Assembly: GCA_001949185.1 (NCBI GenBank)
Contig: BDGG01000014.1
Coordinates: 1,023,378 to 1,087,377, forward strand
Direction: 5' to 3'
From: Ramazzottius varieornatus
Taxonomy: Eukaryota > Animalia > Tardigrada
DNA: 64,000 bases
Shown: positions 24,829 to 42,268 of the stretch, piece after piece
Position numbering within the stretch: position 1 is the stretch's first letter
Layout of the letters: every line of letters begins with the position of its first letter
The notes under the pieces: generated by a model
Database searches by the model: none
What the model saw: only the letters and a program-made list of their open reading frames with translations
What the model was told of the DNA's origin: nothing
Translations under genes and position numbers: made by a program

Positions 24829-27291
24829 TTACGAAATGACGCACTTTTCTTTCTTCTCTTGATCGACGCGAGGAAGCCGGCGCGTGGTCGGACCTGTTGA
24901 GCGTACCGTCATGGAGGTTGAGTGAGGCATCGGTGTGCTGCGTTGCTCTTGTTGGCGCTCGTTGGAATGACGTCGGCCGAAGTTAGGTCGAGAAGACGGG
25001 TAGGGCGAAGCAGTGGAAGCGGATGGAGGGACAGCCGAGCGTTCTTTCAACTCGAAAGCACTTTGGGAGACGGGAACGGCGGGACGCGGGAGCTGGGGCA
25101 CGGGAGGCGCAAGTCGAGGAGATGGTATAACGACGGCAGCATCTTCCACAGCCTAAAAACAGAAGAAAGCCTGAGCCCTAAACCAGATCCAAAGCAGAAT
25201 GGGACTTCGGCACACAAGCCCAGCAAGGTCCTCTTCCCAAGTGCCGCACTGTTGTGATGTTTTCGACTCGAAGCGTGCGCCACTTGGAAAAATGATGCTG
25301 TCGAGTTCTCAAGTGGTCCATGTTCTGAGCCATTCGGCTAACAGCGTGCGCCACTTGCCGACTTTATTTTCTTAGATCCCGTTTTGCTCAAAAACATTAA
25401 AAGTTTGCTCCCAGCTATACCTGTAAGCTTTTGGCCAGTTCGTAGTCGGACAGCGCCGGACTCATCTCTTGGTCTTTTGGTTCGACCTCGACGTTTTCCT
25501 TTTCCATCTCTGCCCTGTCGATGATCCGACCATCGTGAAGAACTCTCCCAACAGTTTCACTTTGACTCAAGCTTAAGGCCAGCTGAAAGTCCAGTTCTTC
25601 CTGCTTCCTCGCGTCGAAGACCGAAGGAGTGTTGGGGACCGACTTGGTGCAGACTCTGGGTCGGAACTTGTCGTCGAAGAAATCCGTGTTACCTTCGACG
25701 TTGCTCAGTTGTTCCCACACGCAGTCAGCCACAGTAGCGTAGCCTTGATCCGTCACCAGCGCGTATATCTGCTCGTCGTGCTTGATGATGGTGGAGAAGT
25801 GGTTGTTGCGGAAGAGGACGCAGGGACGATCAGGTTGCAGACAGTCCACCAGAGCGACCAACCCTGGATAAGTTAACTGCGTCTGCGTCCGCTCCAGCCA
25901 ATCTTCCGCCAAGAGCGCTTCTCCCGCTGTATCACAGTTATCCGAAGCCTTTCCCATGATGATAAACTCCACTACAACGGAATTTTCAGATTTATCCCGA
26001 TAATTCGCTTAAACAGCAACAAGAGAGAAGTCGGACCATCCACGTCCAGTTCGCCACATGAACAACGAGATGATTCAGCAAAATTATGAAAAGTTTTGTA
26101 CTGCGTTCGTTTTGTTCCTTTGGTTTGCAGCAGTTAAATTTTCTTACCAAGTCTATTGTAGCTGCCATGTTTCTCCACAACGACTGCTGCTTCGTCTTCT
26201 TTATCGCAGATCCAACCATGGACCAGGGGAACATCTAGGACATCAAAGAGAAGAGTATCTTGGGTGAATTCGTAGCGTCGCGGTCCGCCAAAATGGACGT
26301 TGATGTCCAAGCCAGTCTGCAGCTTGGGTAAGATCGCCAACGCGTCTTGGATATTCTGCTCGTAGTTCCTCCGTACTTCTTCCGTTACCTTCTCCGGAAC
26401 AGACTCGAGAACCATGGCAGCTAGCTGCGACATGAGGTTTTCCCCGCTTTGGTATTCGATCCCTTCGGAAAGGTTCAGCCGTTTGGACAGGAGGAGCGCG
26501 TTGACCAAACTGATGAGCGGGCAGGGTCCATTCTTGTTCTGCGTCACGATCGGCACGTCCTTGTTCTGGAAGGCTGTCCACTTGATCTGGTAGATACACT
26601 CTTCCACTGGTGTATCCAAGGGTAAGAAAGGGGTGGAGGTATTTTGGTTGGTCCACGAAGAAGTCACCGGAAGACTCAGCTGCTGATTGCGAGGGCTACT
26701 TCCGGTCTGCTCCTTTGGTTCCGCTGACCCTTGGTTAGCCTGTTCGTTCTGTTCGGTACCTCGTTCCGTCTTCTGGTATTCGCCCAAAGTCCCGAGTTCT
26801 TCTTCTTGAACCATATCATGCCCTTCTCGTCCTTCTGCAACTGGAATATCGTTTGTAAGTGAAGCGGATGTCACTGAATCAGTAGCAGGAGGACATAGAG
26901 CTGGAGACTGCTGTCGATCGGGGAGTTGACCAGTGGCTCGTTCTCCTACAGCTGCGGACTTTGGGGCTACTACCCCTTCGCCGCCACAGGTCATCTCGCA
27001 TTCCCCCGAAAAAGAAGGGGGTCGGTCCAGTTTATTTTCCAGTCGTAGGCGATCTTGCACAGGCAGATAGGGCACATAGGCGTTATTGATTGATGGATTG
27101 TCCGTTTCACTCGTGATGGGAACGTGGACGATTTTCTCGCCAGTCTCCTCCAGCACTATCGGAATATTCACCACTCTGGCTTCGTTCGGAGGACATCTTT
27201 CACAGAGAATCTCCATAGACGCTGTTCCCACTTCAACAGAGATCTTGGGGTGATCGCTCTCCAGGCTGGGATGCATCGCGCGATCCATCAT
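24829..27291 (-). CDS. MINDY1: MINDY-1/2 (FAM63) K48 deubiquitinase
   Basis: TQNKNGPCPL (catalytic Cys), PLVHGW, FRNNHFST (His), LVTDQGY. MIU-like motifs EELDFQLALSL and SDYELAKSLQ. C-terminal CaaX CVIS. Confidence 0.92.
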
Positions 27292-28703
27292 GTCACTAAA
27301 AGAATCCCACGGTTAATCCAGTCGTAAGTCTGCAACGATACACTCTTCGTACATCAAGATAAATAACCATCCATATGAAATAAACTATGTAGCCGATGAA
27401 GAGAAGAATGGAGGACGACAGGCGCGTTAAAGCGTGAAACACGAGGAGAATAATCTGAATACATTCCACAACGGAAGAGAGGATTCCGAATCAAAGTTTT
27501 TGATTTATTTCCGTCCGGAACTGGATCGGAAATCCACACACAATTTGGTCGACTCAAGTGCGCATGGGTGCATGCAGCGCGCGCTAGGAGATACATCATG
27601 GTGCTCTGTATGCTGGTGCGTGCAATGGACCGATGGAACCATTCGAACGGCAGCGGCCGCGCCCCTCCAGTTATGACAGATGCTTACTCATTCATTGTTC
27701 ACGTCACTGCGGCTGAACTTCCGACCACCAGTTCAGACGGTTTGTCCTTGTAGATTACCATCAATGCCGATTTGAAGTGGGATTAAGGCAGTTTGTTGAG
27801 CCATGCGGTTGATACTTCCGATCGATCAGTTTAGAGTGGTTTCTCAATTGATTAGTCAGCGAGCTGTTCCTGCCTTTAACAGCTTCCTCGTCCGCGTGGT
27901 AGAAAGTCTGTCTGCTCGGTCGGTTGACTTGCGAAAGGAAAAACTTGAAAGTGGAAAGAGTGACAGACACGCTTGGAGAACGAACGGCAACGTCGTCGAC
28001 GTGAGGATGAATCAAGTCAGACAGGTCATGTCCCGACATGTGCTGCCGATACACCAAAACAGCGACTCGGAAAATCGGTTCAACTGGCGTCTGTTTAGCT
28101 TCTGCCAGCGTCATTAAAGAGGATTAATACAGTGGTTTTTTTCTGCGCATCATCATGGTCTGCTGACTGGCCTTTCCCTTTCTGACCTAATATTTTCCGC
28201 GAGGGATAATCAGTTGGCCGTTACAGTTTGCTTAATGTCCTCGGGTTTGCTAGGAAAAATCTTGAAAATGAGGCGATTGATGCAGCGGAAGTGATTCACA
28301 AGGCCCACTGGGTCATCCAGATTTCGTATCTTCTATTGTTTTAGCGGACCAATCAAGCCCATCTTGATTGTTTTTTTTTGGGGCGCTTGACCATTCTGTT
28401 CCCTTTGTGGAACGCCCCGAAAACTTTAGTTTTTCCGATCAAGGCCGTGCCGTCCTAGTTCGTGACGTAACTTCTCATTCACGCTGTTTTCAATCAACAA
28501 TCAACGATACCGTACATTATACCGATTTGCTGGATCTCGACTCCTGAGTCTGGACCGAAGAGACCTTCATCGCATCTTCTTACCTCCTTATCGTCTTTTC
28601 ACTTTTGGATCTCTTATCAGTTCTTGCAGCATGCAGCATTACGTGATTGGCACGTAAACGTTTTTATGTTAGCCTGGTCAAGGTTCCTACGGAGCACAGT
28701 CTG

Positions 28704-32440
<3,737 letters not shown>

Positions 32441-33138
32441 GAGTCCTCCGTCAAAACCAATTGCTGGTGGGTGCGCCTGTATTTTCTGGTTTTTCGCCGT
32501 CTTTCACCTTCTACTGCTTCCAGTCCCACAACCATAGATCTATAAACGCCTCCTTTTTCCCAGATACCGTGTGAATGATTTCGGGAAGTTTCGAATGGGA
32601 TTCGACGGGCCGACGGAAGTCAGGTTTCGTCTAGCCGAGATCGATGGCCGCTGCTGCAGACGACAGAGTCTTGAAGGCTACGGCTCAATGCGGCAGGCCG
32701 TACTTCGGCCAAAGGAAATCGGCACCATTATTAGATTAAACTGTGATCTCGTAAACTCTGTGATATGAAATCCTGTGATTCCAGCGCTTGCAGGTACTTT
32801 TCCCGCTGTTCATGCTTGTATACCCATCTTATCTGGTCTTTTTTTGCTCCGAGTTCAAGGTAGCAAACGGAATAACTTGTCTGTTTGTTGTAGGCTGGAA
32901 CGCGAAACTGAAGAGGGGAAAACGTAAGAAGGAGGACGTTGTGTGGAGTGATTTGATGTTTTGCGTAATTTATTGACTGGTGAACTCGATAATCTGATTA
33001 TTCTGCGTAAAAAAGGAGCGGTCGTCGTGTACAGTGTTTCCGCGTTTCTTGTCAAGAGTAGAGAATAAAAAAATGTCATCGCTTGGTTTTTCATCGGTCC
33101 ATTTTCTACCAAGTTAACAGCGACGGAGTCAAACAAGG

Positions 33139-35001
33139 TTATACGGGATCTTGAGAGTCTTTTGACGTGCCACTTGATTCGACAGTTTCGTTCGACTTTG
33201 TCGTCGCGTCGCCCTTCTCGTTTTCCTTGGTTCCATTCTGTTTGCCTTTCTGTTGCTGTTTCACTTTGGGCTTCTTCTCGTAGACTACAGGGCTATCTTC
33301 TGAGCCGTTGACGATGGCATCACTGACAGGCTTCTTGCCTTGTTTCTTCTCTTTAACCACCGCGGGCTTCTTCTCCGCCGAAGGGTAGGCGGCTTCCGCT
33401 GTTCTCCGCAGCTCTTCCTGCTCAAATTCTTTCCTGATTGGAGCTAGTAGCCGGTTCACGACGGCTGCGACACCAGACTTCAAATCTGCCGAGACCATCT
33501 TCTTTTCTGCAAAATCCTACAATAAAAAACAATACTGAGAGAGATCGAACTCGCTTTCCATCTGACATGCATACAAGGACGCAAGAGAATATTCCCCTCC
33601 GGTGTATGCATGTACGCGAAAGGGTCCATTATTCTCGTACCTGCATACTTCAAAATCAAATTAAACGCGGGACGCACAGTATGCAGGTGATGACATCGCT
33701 GAGGTTACCTTCTCCAGTGAAGCGTAATCGGGATAGGTCATATTCCCGCCCCATTTCTCGTCACGTTCTATCGTAAAAGTGTCTTCGCCGAAGGTTTCCT
33801 TGAGGATGGGAAAAACTACTTGTTTGGTGAAGGCCAGAATGCCGTTTCCTTCTATCACTCCATCAATCGAGTCCGCTTTCTTCAGCTTGTCTTTCACCTG
33901 CCTTTCCGTATCCAGCAGATCTATCTTACTTTCTGCTTCTGATGAACTCATTTTACCTCCTGTCAATCCCGGAATCTGCAAATACAAATACGTGACTTTA
34001 CTGAAACAGAATATATCGAAATATTTTGTACCATTGGGTTCATCAAATGAATGCGTTTCTTGTATCCCAACTGGGGTAGATATTTCTCAGCAAAGGTGAA
34101 AATTTTCCTCTGGTCAACTCCACCGAACTGTGCGTCTACACCAAGATGCTCTTCGTCCAGAGCTTGGAGACCGGGGTACAAAAGACCGGAGAGAAGCGCG
34201 TTGGAGACCTGCTTGACCACTTCCGCTCCGGCCTTCTTGGCGTCGTGCTCGGTGACTATCGACGAAAGCCTATAGACATCCATCGTGTAGCCTTCCTTCT
34301 TCTGCATATCCGTCCCTTTGACGAACCTCAGCTTGTCTAGTGGAACATTGATCGACCGGAGCATCGCTACAAAGGAAACGGAACAATGTTGGACAGTGCA
34401 AGATTTTAGCGTACGACGTGCCACAACCGGAAGTCCCATGGCAAGCCGTGCGGTAAACCACCATGCCTATGTACCGCGACAAGTCGCGCATGACGTCAAA
34501 AGAATGAACTAGAAAGTGACGAATACACTGACGTCAATGCGCGACTTGATCGAAGCACGTCGGAAAGCATTTTCGACATTCTTCCCGATCTGAAAACCTT
34601 GTCTTGCCTTCGATAACGTATTTGTAGTATTTTGTCCTTTCTTCTAGTAAACTCCACGGTGCTTTCTGGTTATCAAGATAAGCATGGAGATCAGCAAGAA
34701 GAATCGTAACTTCGCAGCCAGCTTTCAGGAAGTCGGCAATCTTCATCATGGGAACGAAGTAAGCGATGTGCGGTCGACCCGTCGTCGCTGTGCCCCAGTA
34801 GACCTTGACAGGGCGCTTTTCTTTCCCGAGGATATCCACTAAGCTTTCCGAGCCGAGGACTTCCTGGAGGTTGCGAGTAATCAGCTGCGTCTTGGAAAAT
34901 GTCTCTTCGTCCGCATCTCCCAAAGCAGCCTTTAGCTTTTCCCTCCATGGCTCGGATTCTGCCGTGGTCGTCGTGGGAGACTGTGGTCCGTTCATATCCA
35001 T
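33139..35001 (-). CDS. YARS1: Cytoplasmic tyrosyl-tRNA synthetase (4 exons) with Lys-rich tail
   Basis: [71 protein letters not shown]. Confidence 0.95.
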
Positions 35002-35771
35002 CCTGAAGCTTGACCAGTAATCTATAAGAGCAAGAAAGAAACGGACTTGAGATGGGAAGCTGCAACACTGACTTCAGACTTGGAGAGTAACGTGGCTGTG
35101 ACGTCGTCAAGGTTGCTCCAAGTAGTACAAGTAGCAATGAACCGTGAAACTCGCCTCGACCTCTCAGGAAGGAAATTGACCTGGAAATCTGCAACGTTGG
35201 TGGTTGTGGGAAAGCACTGGACAATCAAAGTCAGGAGTATTCTCAGAGGAAAAGATATCTTCCAGATGAGAATCTCTTCCGGCGATTACATCAGAATGTT
35301 CAATGAATCCATGTTGCCAACTTGGCTCAGTGAAGAATGCATGTTGGTTCTCGCTTGATTGATAGATAATATGGACTACGAATGAAAACTGCTCAATCAA
35401 ATGGAGCTTCCGGAAGCAATCAACTCGGTATAGCAAACCAGGTGTTACATCACTGCGGTTGCCATACTTTTTGTTTATGGCTGGATTCTTCTGGCAGTGA
35501 AGCAGCCAGTTGGGTCATCTTGTCACGTAACAGTTGTACCATTCTAGGCACGAGATTTTTTCTTAATCTCGTTGACGTGCTTTCTTTGCAGTTTAATGTT
35601 GCATCGAAGAACTGAACGGTCGCGAATCGCGAGTCGCGAATGCGAGTTTCGTGCAAGTTATCTTTTACGGATGAAACATACTGTTCGGCGCCGCGCAATG
35701 TAAAAAACCCCGTCGCAGTAAGACATCGTGAAAAGAATCCGAGATTATAGAAAGCTCGGCGAAGCTAAAAT

Positions 35772-36026
35772 AAGCCGTTTTGGCCGTTCTTAGCCGTGGC
35801 TAAAACTATTTTATCCGCGGCTAAAGCAGCTAAAATACTTTTAGCCACGGCGAGAATGTATTGTGCGTTCGAATGGTTTATTGATGCCAAAACTATTTTA
35901 GCCGACTCAACATCAATAAATCAATCGAACGCACAATACATTTTAGCCGTGGCTTAAGTATTTTAGCTGCTTTAGCCGCGGCTAAAATATTTTTAGCCAC
36001 GGCTAAGAACGGCTAAGAACGGCCTT
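35772..36026. repeat. Fold-back (palindromic) repeat or MITE between divergent YARS1 and CCP1
   Basis: About 110-bp arms GGCCGTTCTTAGCCGTGGCTAAAA...TTTTAGCCACGGCTAAGAACGGCC built from TAGCC/GGCTA units. A related fragment lies near 44735-44835. Confidence 0.75.
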
Positions 36027-36506
36027 CTATATCCGAGATGGGCCTCCTAGTAAGAAAGGTCGTTTGGCATCTAAACTGACAGCAATTAGGTTAATTGTTC
36101 CAGCTGAGGAAACGTGGATGACAGATGTGTTTCCGCCCGTTCAGCTGCAACAGCGTTCGTCGGAAGAACTTCAAACCGAAGTAACAGATGGTAACGCTGA
36201 ACAGCGCATGTGGAATGCACTGATTTGTTTCGGTTATAAACGTTCCATATATTTGTGCAACGTTTCCTGAATGTACACCAGTCAACATCCGGTGGATCAT
36301 TTCCTAATGAGCCTCGATCGACGTACAATCGTATCTCCTTCATGTAAACTCGTTAGCCGCAACAAGTGTGAAGTCTTATCCGTGTACAGACGATTTTTCT
36401 TCGCGATCGTTGCCAAGATTCGCTCTTGATCGTCTTTTTTCATCTGGTTTTGAGCATGATAAATAAGGGAGAGTGATTTGGTGTGTTTGGTGGAAAGTTG
36501 GAGGTG

Positions 36507-39500
36507 ATGGGTCCACCCAAGCCCGTCTTGATTCCTCCGACGTCGGCTAATCAGCCAAGAAAGGCTCGAGTATCGGTTGCCTCAACTTCGGCCACATCCC
36601 AACCCTCTTCGCATCCATCTTCCCTATCGTCAGCTAACGAGAAAGTACCTGTGCGTAAAGCTGTCAGTGATGGGATCGCGCGACCATCACCCGCCGGTAA
36701 TTTCCCGGCCGCGAGCGGTCGAAATAGTATTTGTCCATCGGCTTTAGCTTTTATTGGTCAAGAGCGCAGGCTGTTTTGACTTGGCTACGATACGAGCATC
36801 ACAATGATTGCTTCAGGTCCGGCCCGTGTGTCTTCGCCGCTGTTGGGTCGCCGACCAGTCACTGCTGTTTCCAGTGGCAAGCTTTCGCTGATGGGATTGC
36901 TCGACCCTTTTGGTATTTGTTTGATGTGGAAACGATGCTTTGCTGTTCAGTGAAGGAGAATGTGGTGGAGCAGCTGACCACTGTCGAGGCATACCAGATC
37001 ATGGCCGAGTGTTTGGCCCAGTTGGTGCGCAAAATGAGCGTGTGTTTGGGCGGCGTGGGCAACGCCATGGCGCTCCTCCGTTGGATGTCCTCTGTCGGTA
37101 CGAGCCCATGCAAGTCTCCATGATTATATGTGACTTCTTCAAATCCAAGGCGATGTCACTGTGTGTCCTAGACAGAAATTTCAACGTGATGCTACGCAGT
37201 AGCGGATGTCTGAAGACCTTAGCTTCGGCCACGCGTCTACTGATGTACAGCCAGCAACGAGCTTATCAGTCGGCCGGCGAGCTCTTGCTCATCTGTTGTG
37301 CCAGCAGTACGTACGTATTTACGTGCTCTTCCATCCCACATGTCCAAAGTGTCCAAATCTGATTCCTCTCTACAGGTAGCAACGTACAAGTCCTCTGGCG
37401 AAGCGGGACTTTTAGCAGCATGCTGGCGCACTTGCCCACCGTCCAACCATCGGCTCGCTTCGTCGCCGTCGCCGACATGGTTCTCCGTGTCTGCTACCAA
37501 ATTGTCAACCGCCGTAGGTCAAACCATACTTATTTTCCCCTTTGACATTTACTTGGCTTGAAGAAAGAAAATCCAGTGTCTTGTTTCTTATTATGATCAG
37601 GAAGTACGATGTCGTCGTTTGTTAGTCGAGCGCTGGCAACTTCGTTGATCAATCTACTGCGGACCCTGTGGGAAGGGACGATTCGTGATCGCTTCGAGGT
37701 CATCCGAAAGTACTCCATCTGCCTTCGCAAACTTTTACGAAGCAGTAAGCAACGTGCTGCCAATCAAAGTGTGTTTCCCCATGTACAATGTTTCAATGTT
37801 GGTGGGTTGGTGTAATAGAGAGTGTGCGAGCCATATTTCACGAGCAGCATGCAGTGCAGTTTTTCAAGCAGATGTGCAAGACGACGGCCAACATCGAGCT
37901 GCTGGAAGTGGGTGCTGCCGTCTTGCTGGCTTCCTTCCCCAGCCGCAAGCTACCTCTCCCTTCCATCAGCCATCCTTTACATCTACCGGCCTTACGCAAG
38001 TTGTCGAAATTGGCCAGCCGGCTGGCCAACCTAAACAGCAGTAAGCTCCAATTAACTCGTTTTTATATACCCTTAGTCATCTCTTTAGTCTTTCACTGTA
38101 AAGTCTTGTCCTCAGTTCAGACTCTGCTTGCTAGAATGTTCCGAGATAATGCTCGACCCAGAAGAATCGGAGCTAACCATCGACGAGGAAAAGGAGAACG
38201 AGGAGGACAATGGCCAAGCCAAAGTTGCAGCCTCCGATTGGTCCACTTCACTTCCCGAAAAGCTACTGCCCTCAATAGCAAGGACGAAGGGCCGAAAGGT
38301 GCTGTTGAGCAAACCGGCCAACTTGAACATCTACAAGCTCTTTTTCCCAGAGCTTGGCGCTAGGCACAAGCAAATTCCCCAGACGTTGTCCGTCAGTCCG
38401 TCAGTCACTGGCCCGACTCATAACCTCACTTTGCGAGGGGCGCTGTCTTCCCGCTCCAGCCTGAACACCTCCATCACATCCAGCCGTAGTTGCCTTTCCT
38501 CCAAGAAAGCCAGCCAAGCCAAGGCTGTCATCAAACCATCCAAATCCAAACTGTCCATCAAGACTTGCTCCTCAAAGTCGTCGACCAACGTCCATAGCAA
38601 TATGGACAGATACATCGATCCGCTCAACGATGAATCAGTTGACGAGATGGATACGGCTAAAATGCCACACGGTGAACGTGGTTTGATATTTCCTTACAGA
38701 AGAACAGCCCACCCCGATCTGCCCGAGTTTGATCGGCTTCGCTCGCAGGAGAACAACCCCGAACCTTCCTTTCTTCTTCTCTCCGAACCACTTGCAGCCC
38801 CTATCACCATCGAAGATCGTCGAAGGATACTGTGGTCCGAGCTGGAGCGACTGACCAAGCCCATCAACCGATCCTTCCCCCAGGAAGTGGTCTACGATCA
38901 GGACAAGCTGCTGACAGCCATCTTCAGCGATGAAGATCGATGGCGCGCCATGTCCGATGAGACCTTCGAGGCTGAACTGACCCACTTGAACTCCACCTTC
39001 TTCCTCAAGCGTGAAGGTCGTCTGCGTTTCGACTCCCTCTTCGAAAGTGGCAACTTGAGAAAAGCCATTCAGGTTGACCATCAGGAGTATGACTTGTGCC
39101 TAGCAGCGGATATTGGCAGAGCCATTGCTGGACAGTGGTATTACTTCCAGGTGTCCGGTATGAAGGCCAGGACAGCCTACAGGTTTAATATCATCAACGG
39201 CAATCGACCTTCTTGCTTTTACGGTAAAGGTATGCAACCAGCGGTCTTTTCGCTGAAAGAAGCCAGGAGTGTACCGCTGAAGGCCAGCAGAATGGCGGCT
39301 GGAGGAGAGGCGGTAGTAAGATTGCTTGCTACAGGAATAACTACCGCAGCGGCTATACTGGCAGTAGAAAGCAAACGACTTCTTTGGGCTTCTTTACGCT
39401 CAGCTTCACTTTGGACTTTCCTCTCAAGGACGATGTGGTCTATGTGGCCTATCATTACCCCTATACCTGGTCCTATCTGCAGGTACGATATCCGATATGA

Positions 39501-40821
39501 CAGCTCAGCAAACGAAGGCCATCAGATCATTTTCGCAATTGGCGCACGTTCCTAGTTATATCGGCTCGATGTGTGCGTCAGTGGAGAAAGTGATCTTGGG
39601 CTGGTTTCCAACTGGCGCATGTTCTCCAAGTTGTTAGCTGGACGCGTGCGCCACTTGGTCAATGATCTGGTCGAGCTTGTTCGCCGAACTGCGACATGAC
39701 AAACCGCCTGTCGGTTACAATGAGGTTTATTTTTTTCCTTTCTGCAGAGAAGGTTGTTGAGCTGGGAAGCGGCGACGGCAAGGAGAAAGGACGTTTTCTT
39801 CTGCAATCAGCCGCTAACAACAACGCTATCCGGTCTGGCACTACCTCTGCTGACCGTCACTTCCCTTCCAACCAGTTCAGTCGAGCCTCTGGATAAGCCC
39901 TACATTGTTCTGACAGCACGCGTCCACCCGTCGGAAAGCAACGCCAGTTTTACTATGGATGGTCTGTTGGACTTTCTTAGTAGCCGCGACGCGGTGGCGG
40001 TGGAACTTTTGTCTAAGTTTGTCTTCAAGATCGTCCCAATGCTCAACCCAGACGGTAATAAAGGCTACAGACAAATTCATCATCAGAGTCAAGATGACAT
40101 AAAAATGATGGCTTCTAGGGGTGGTTTGTGGGAATTCCAGATGTTCGATGGCAGGACTCGATCTGAACCGACAATGGCAGGATCCAGCCGAAGATTTGGC
40201 CCCACCCATCTTCCATGTGAAGAACCTGTTGCATGCACTGGCTGAAGAAAAGAAAGCCCTGTACTTGTTCATGGACTTTCACGGACACAGCAACCAGAAG
40301 AATGTTTTTGTTTATGGCTGCAGTCCTTTTAAAGACTGGATGAACCCTACAGCAGACCAAGACGGCGAAACATCTGAGGAGGAGCAAAGCGGAGACGAAG
40401 AAAGCCACCAGAAAGCCAACGATATGGACAACGATACCAAAGTCAGTTTATAACTGTTATAACTCTGTCTCTTTTCTTGACCGATCTCCACGGTTGTTTC
40501 TTTCAGGAATTTGCCTTGGCCATGCGGAAGCTGTCAAAGACGTTATGTCTGCGCAACTGTCTGTACGAAGTGCAGGACAGTCGCGAAGCCAGTGCGAGGG
40601 TGTCTGTATGGCGTCAGTTCGGCTGTCCCCGAAGTTACACGCTGGAAAGTTCCTTCTGTGGCTTCGACGCTGGTGTCTACCAAGGCTCACAGATAAGTAT
40701 TGGTCATCTGAGAGAAACTGGTCGGGATGTACTGAAAGCTCTCTGTAGTATGGCTGTCGGTTCGCTACCGAGCTTGTCCACTCCTTCAGAAAATGGTATC
40801 GCTGTCTTTGAAGACGTTTAG
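36507..40821 (+). CDS. AGTPBP1: Cytosolic carboxypeptidase 1 (Nna1/AGTPBP1-like tubulin deglutamylase); apparent frameshift near 39265-39280
   Basis: FDSLFESGNL, QWYYF, FNIIN, AYHYPYT, ARVHPSESNAS, KIVPMLNPDG, GNSRCS...DLNRQW, DFHGHS, RSYTLESSFCG. N-terminal helical (ARM-like) exons. Confidence 0.9.
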
Positions 40822-41153
40822 CTCTTTCCTTTCGCTGGCAGTTGGTCTTCTCTTTTCAACCTTTTTTCTCAAGTTTCTACTCAGCATAATTCCGTTCGGT
40901 GTTGCCTTGGAGTTCTCTGCACTTTTTCTTCGCACTGTGCTTCTGGCGGGCGATATTGTTTGGAGTTTGGTTATTCAACTGTACTTCGGTCTTTATCCAC
41001 TCTGCAAATAGATTACTTGATACCGCTGTAATATTTTGTATTGCTCAACTGGATAAAAGCCACATCGTATGTGATATTCCGCCACAAGCTGTGAGAAACA
41101 TGACGGACGGTTGAGGTATCTGCCGGTTATCCGAGGAGAAGCCTTGGGACGTA

Positions 41154-42036
41154 ATGATGTTTGCCCTGGTGGCGGCTGGCCTGCTGGCCTTTAGCGCCTG
41201 GCCTACAGCTAGCGCTCAGAACGCGCTAAGATGTTACCACTGTTCGGAAGCCGATTCTTGGTGTTATGGTGTCTCGCATGCCTCAGTGGAAAATGCCAAC
41301 GAGTCGCTGGATATGAACAAAGCTTGGTGGTTGAACTGGGTTGGGGACCTCCGATGTGCCCAAGAATACAGCTGGTGTGTGACGGAGTACGCCAACTTCC
41401 GCTTCGAGAACGAACACGGCAAACTGGGTAAGTCGCAACGCTGTCTGCAGCATACAGAAACCGCAGAAAAGGACGTCAGAACTGGTGGCGCACAGCTGAA
41501 CGTGTTATTGGCTTGTCAGTTTCTTACTTGTTGGCTATTGGCTGGCCGTGCCGACTTTCCTGAGGTTTCATTTCACAGAATTAACAACTAAGTTGGCTCG
41601 CACAGTCGTATCGTTGGGTTGCGTTGCAGTTTCGTATAACCGTGCCTGTCACAAGAATATGGACAACGTGCCGGACAACAGTTGTGCCGATAGTGCAAAT
41701 GGGACGCGACGGTGTTTTTGCAAGACGGCTTACTGCAACGCCCATCCCATCGAATTCAGTAAAGCCCCTCATCCCTCGGAAAAAGCCAAGGCCGACAAGG
41801 AATTTTTGAAGATTGCCTACGGCGAAGCCACCAGCGAAAAGTTCAAGATGGACTTTAAGAACGAGCAAGGAAGCATGGCTTTGCAGTTGAAAGGACCGCC
41901 CACTGTCATCCGTCTCAAGGACGAGAACTTCAACAATATCACAAAGAGACGCAGCGTCGATGTGGAGGCCGCTGCTTCTGTCACCTGTAGCCTGAATCTC
42001 GCTGTGATTATTGTGGTGGCTGTCTTGAACTTTTGA
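41154..42036 (+). CDS. Ly6/uPAR (three-finger, quiver/sleepless-like) probable GPI-anchored protein, 2 exons
   Basis: Signal peptide, LRCYHC, CVT, LGC, RRCFCKTAYCN, hydrophobic C-terminus LAVIIVVAVLNF. Confidence 0.75.
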
Positions 42037-42268
42037 TATAGCACGTCGCGACCAGTGAGTCACGATGCGGGACTTCTCCCGTCTCCATACAGAAGAGCCT
42101 GTGTTGCTACCTAAGATAAACTTTACTGTAACATACATCACTTCGGTTTTACTTGGCTTATTGGTTGAGGTGTCAGAATATAGCTCTGGCTTTGAACTAA
42201 AGTCATCTTAAACAGTAAATCAACTGGCTTGTCGTGTAACTAGCTTATCACGTACTCCTCACTGCGAA

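Noticed and set aside
24829-24843. CaaX box (CVIS) on MINDY
   Set aside because: A C-terminal CaaX is a conserved feature of MINDY1/2, so it is not novel.
27354-28117. Several 60-117-aa ORFs between MINDY and DYRK1
   Set aside because: No motifs; probably UTR or promoter sequence, or antisense shadows like most short ORFs in the track.
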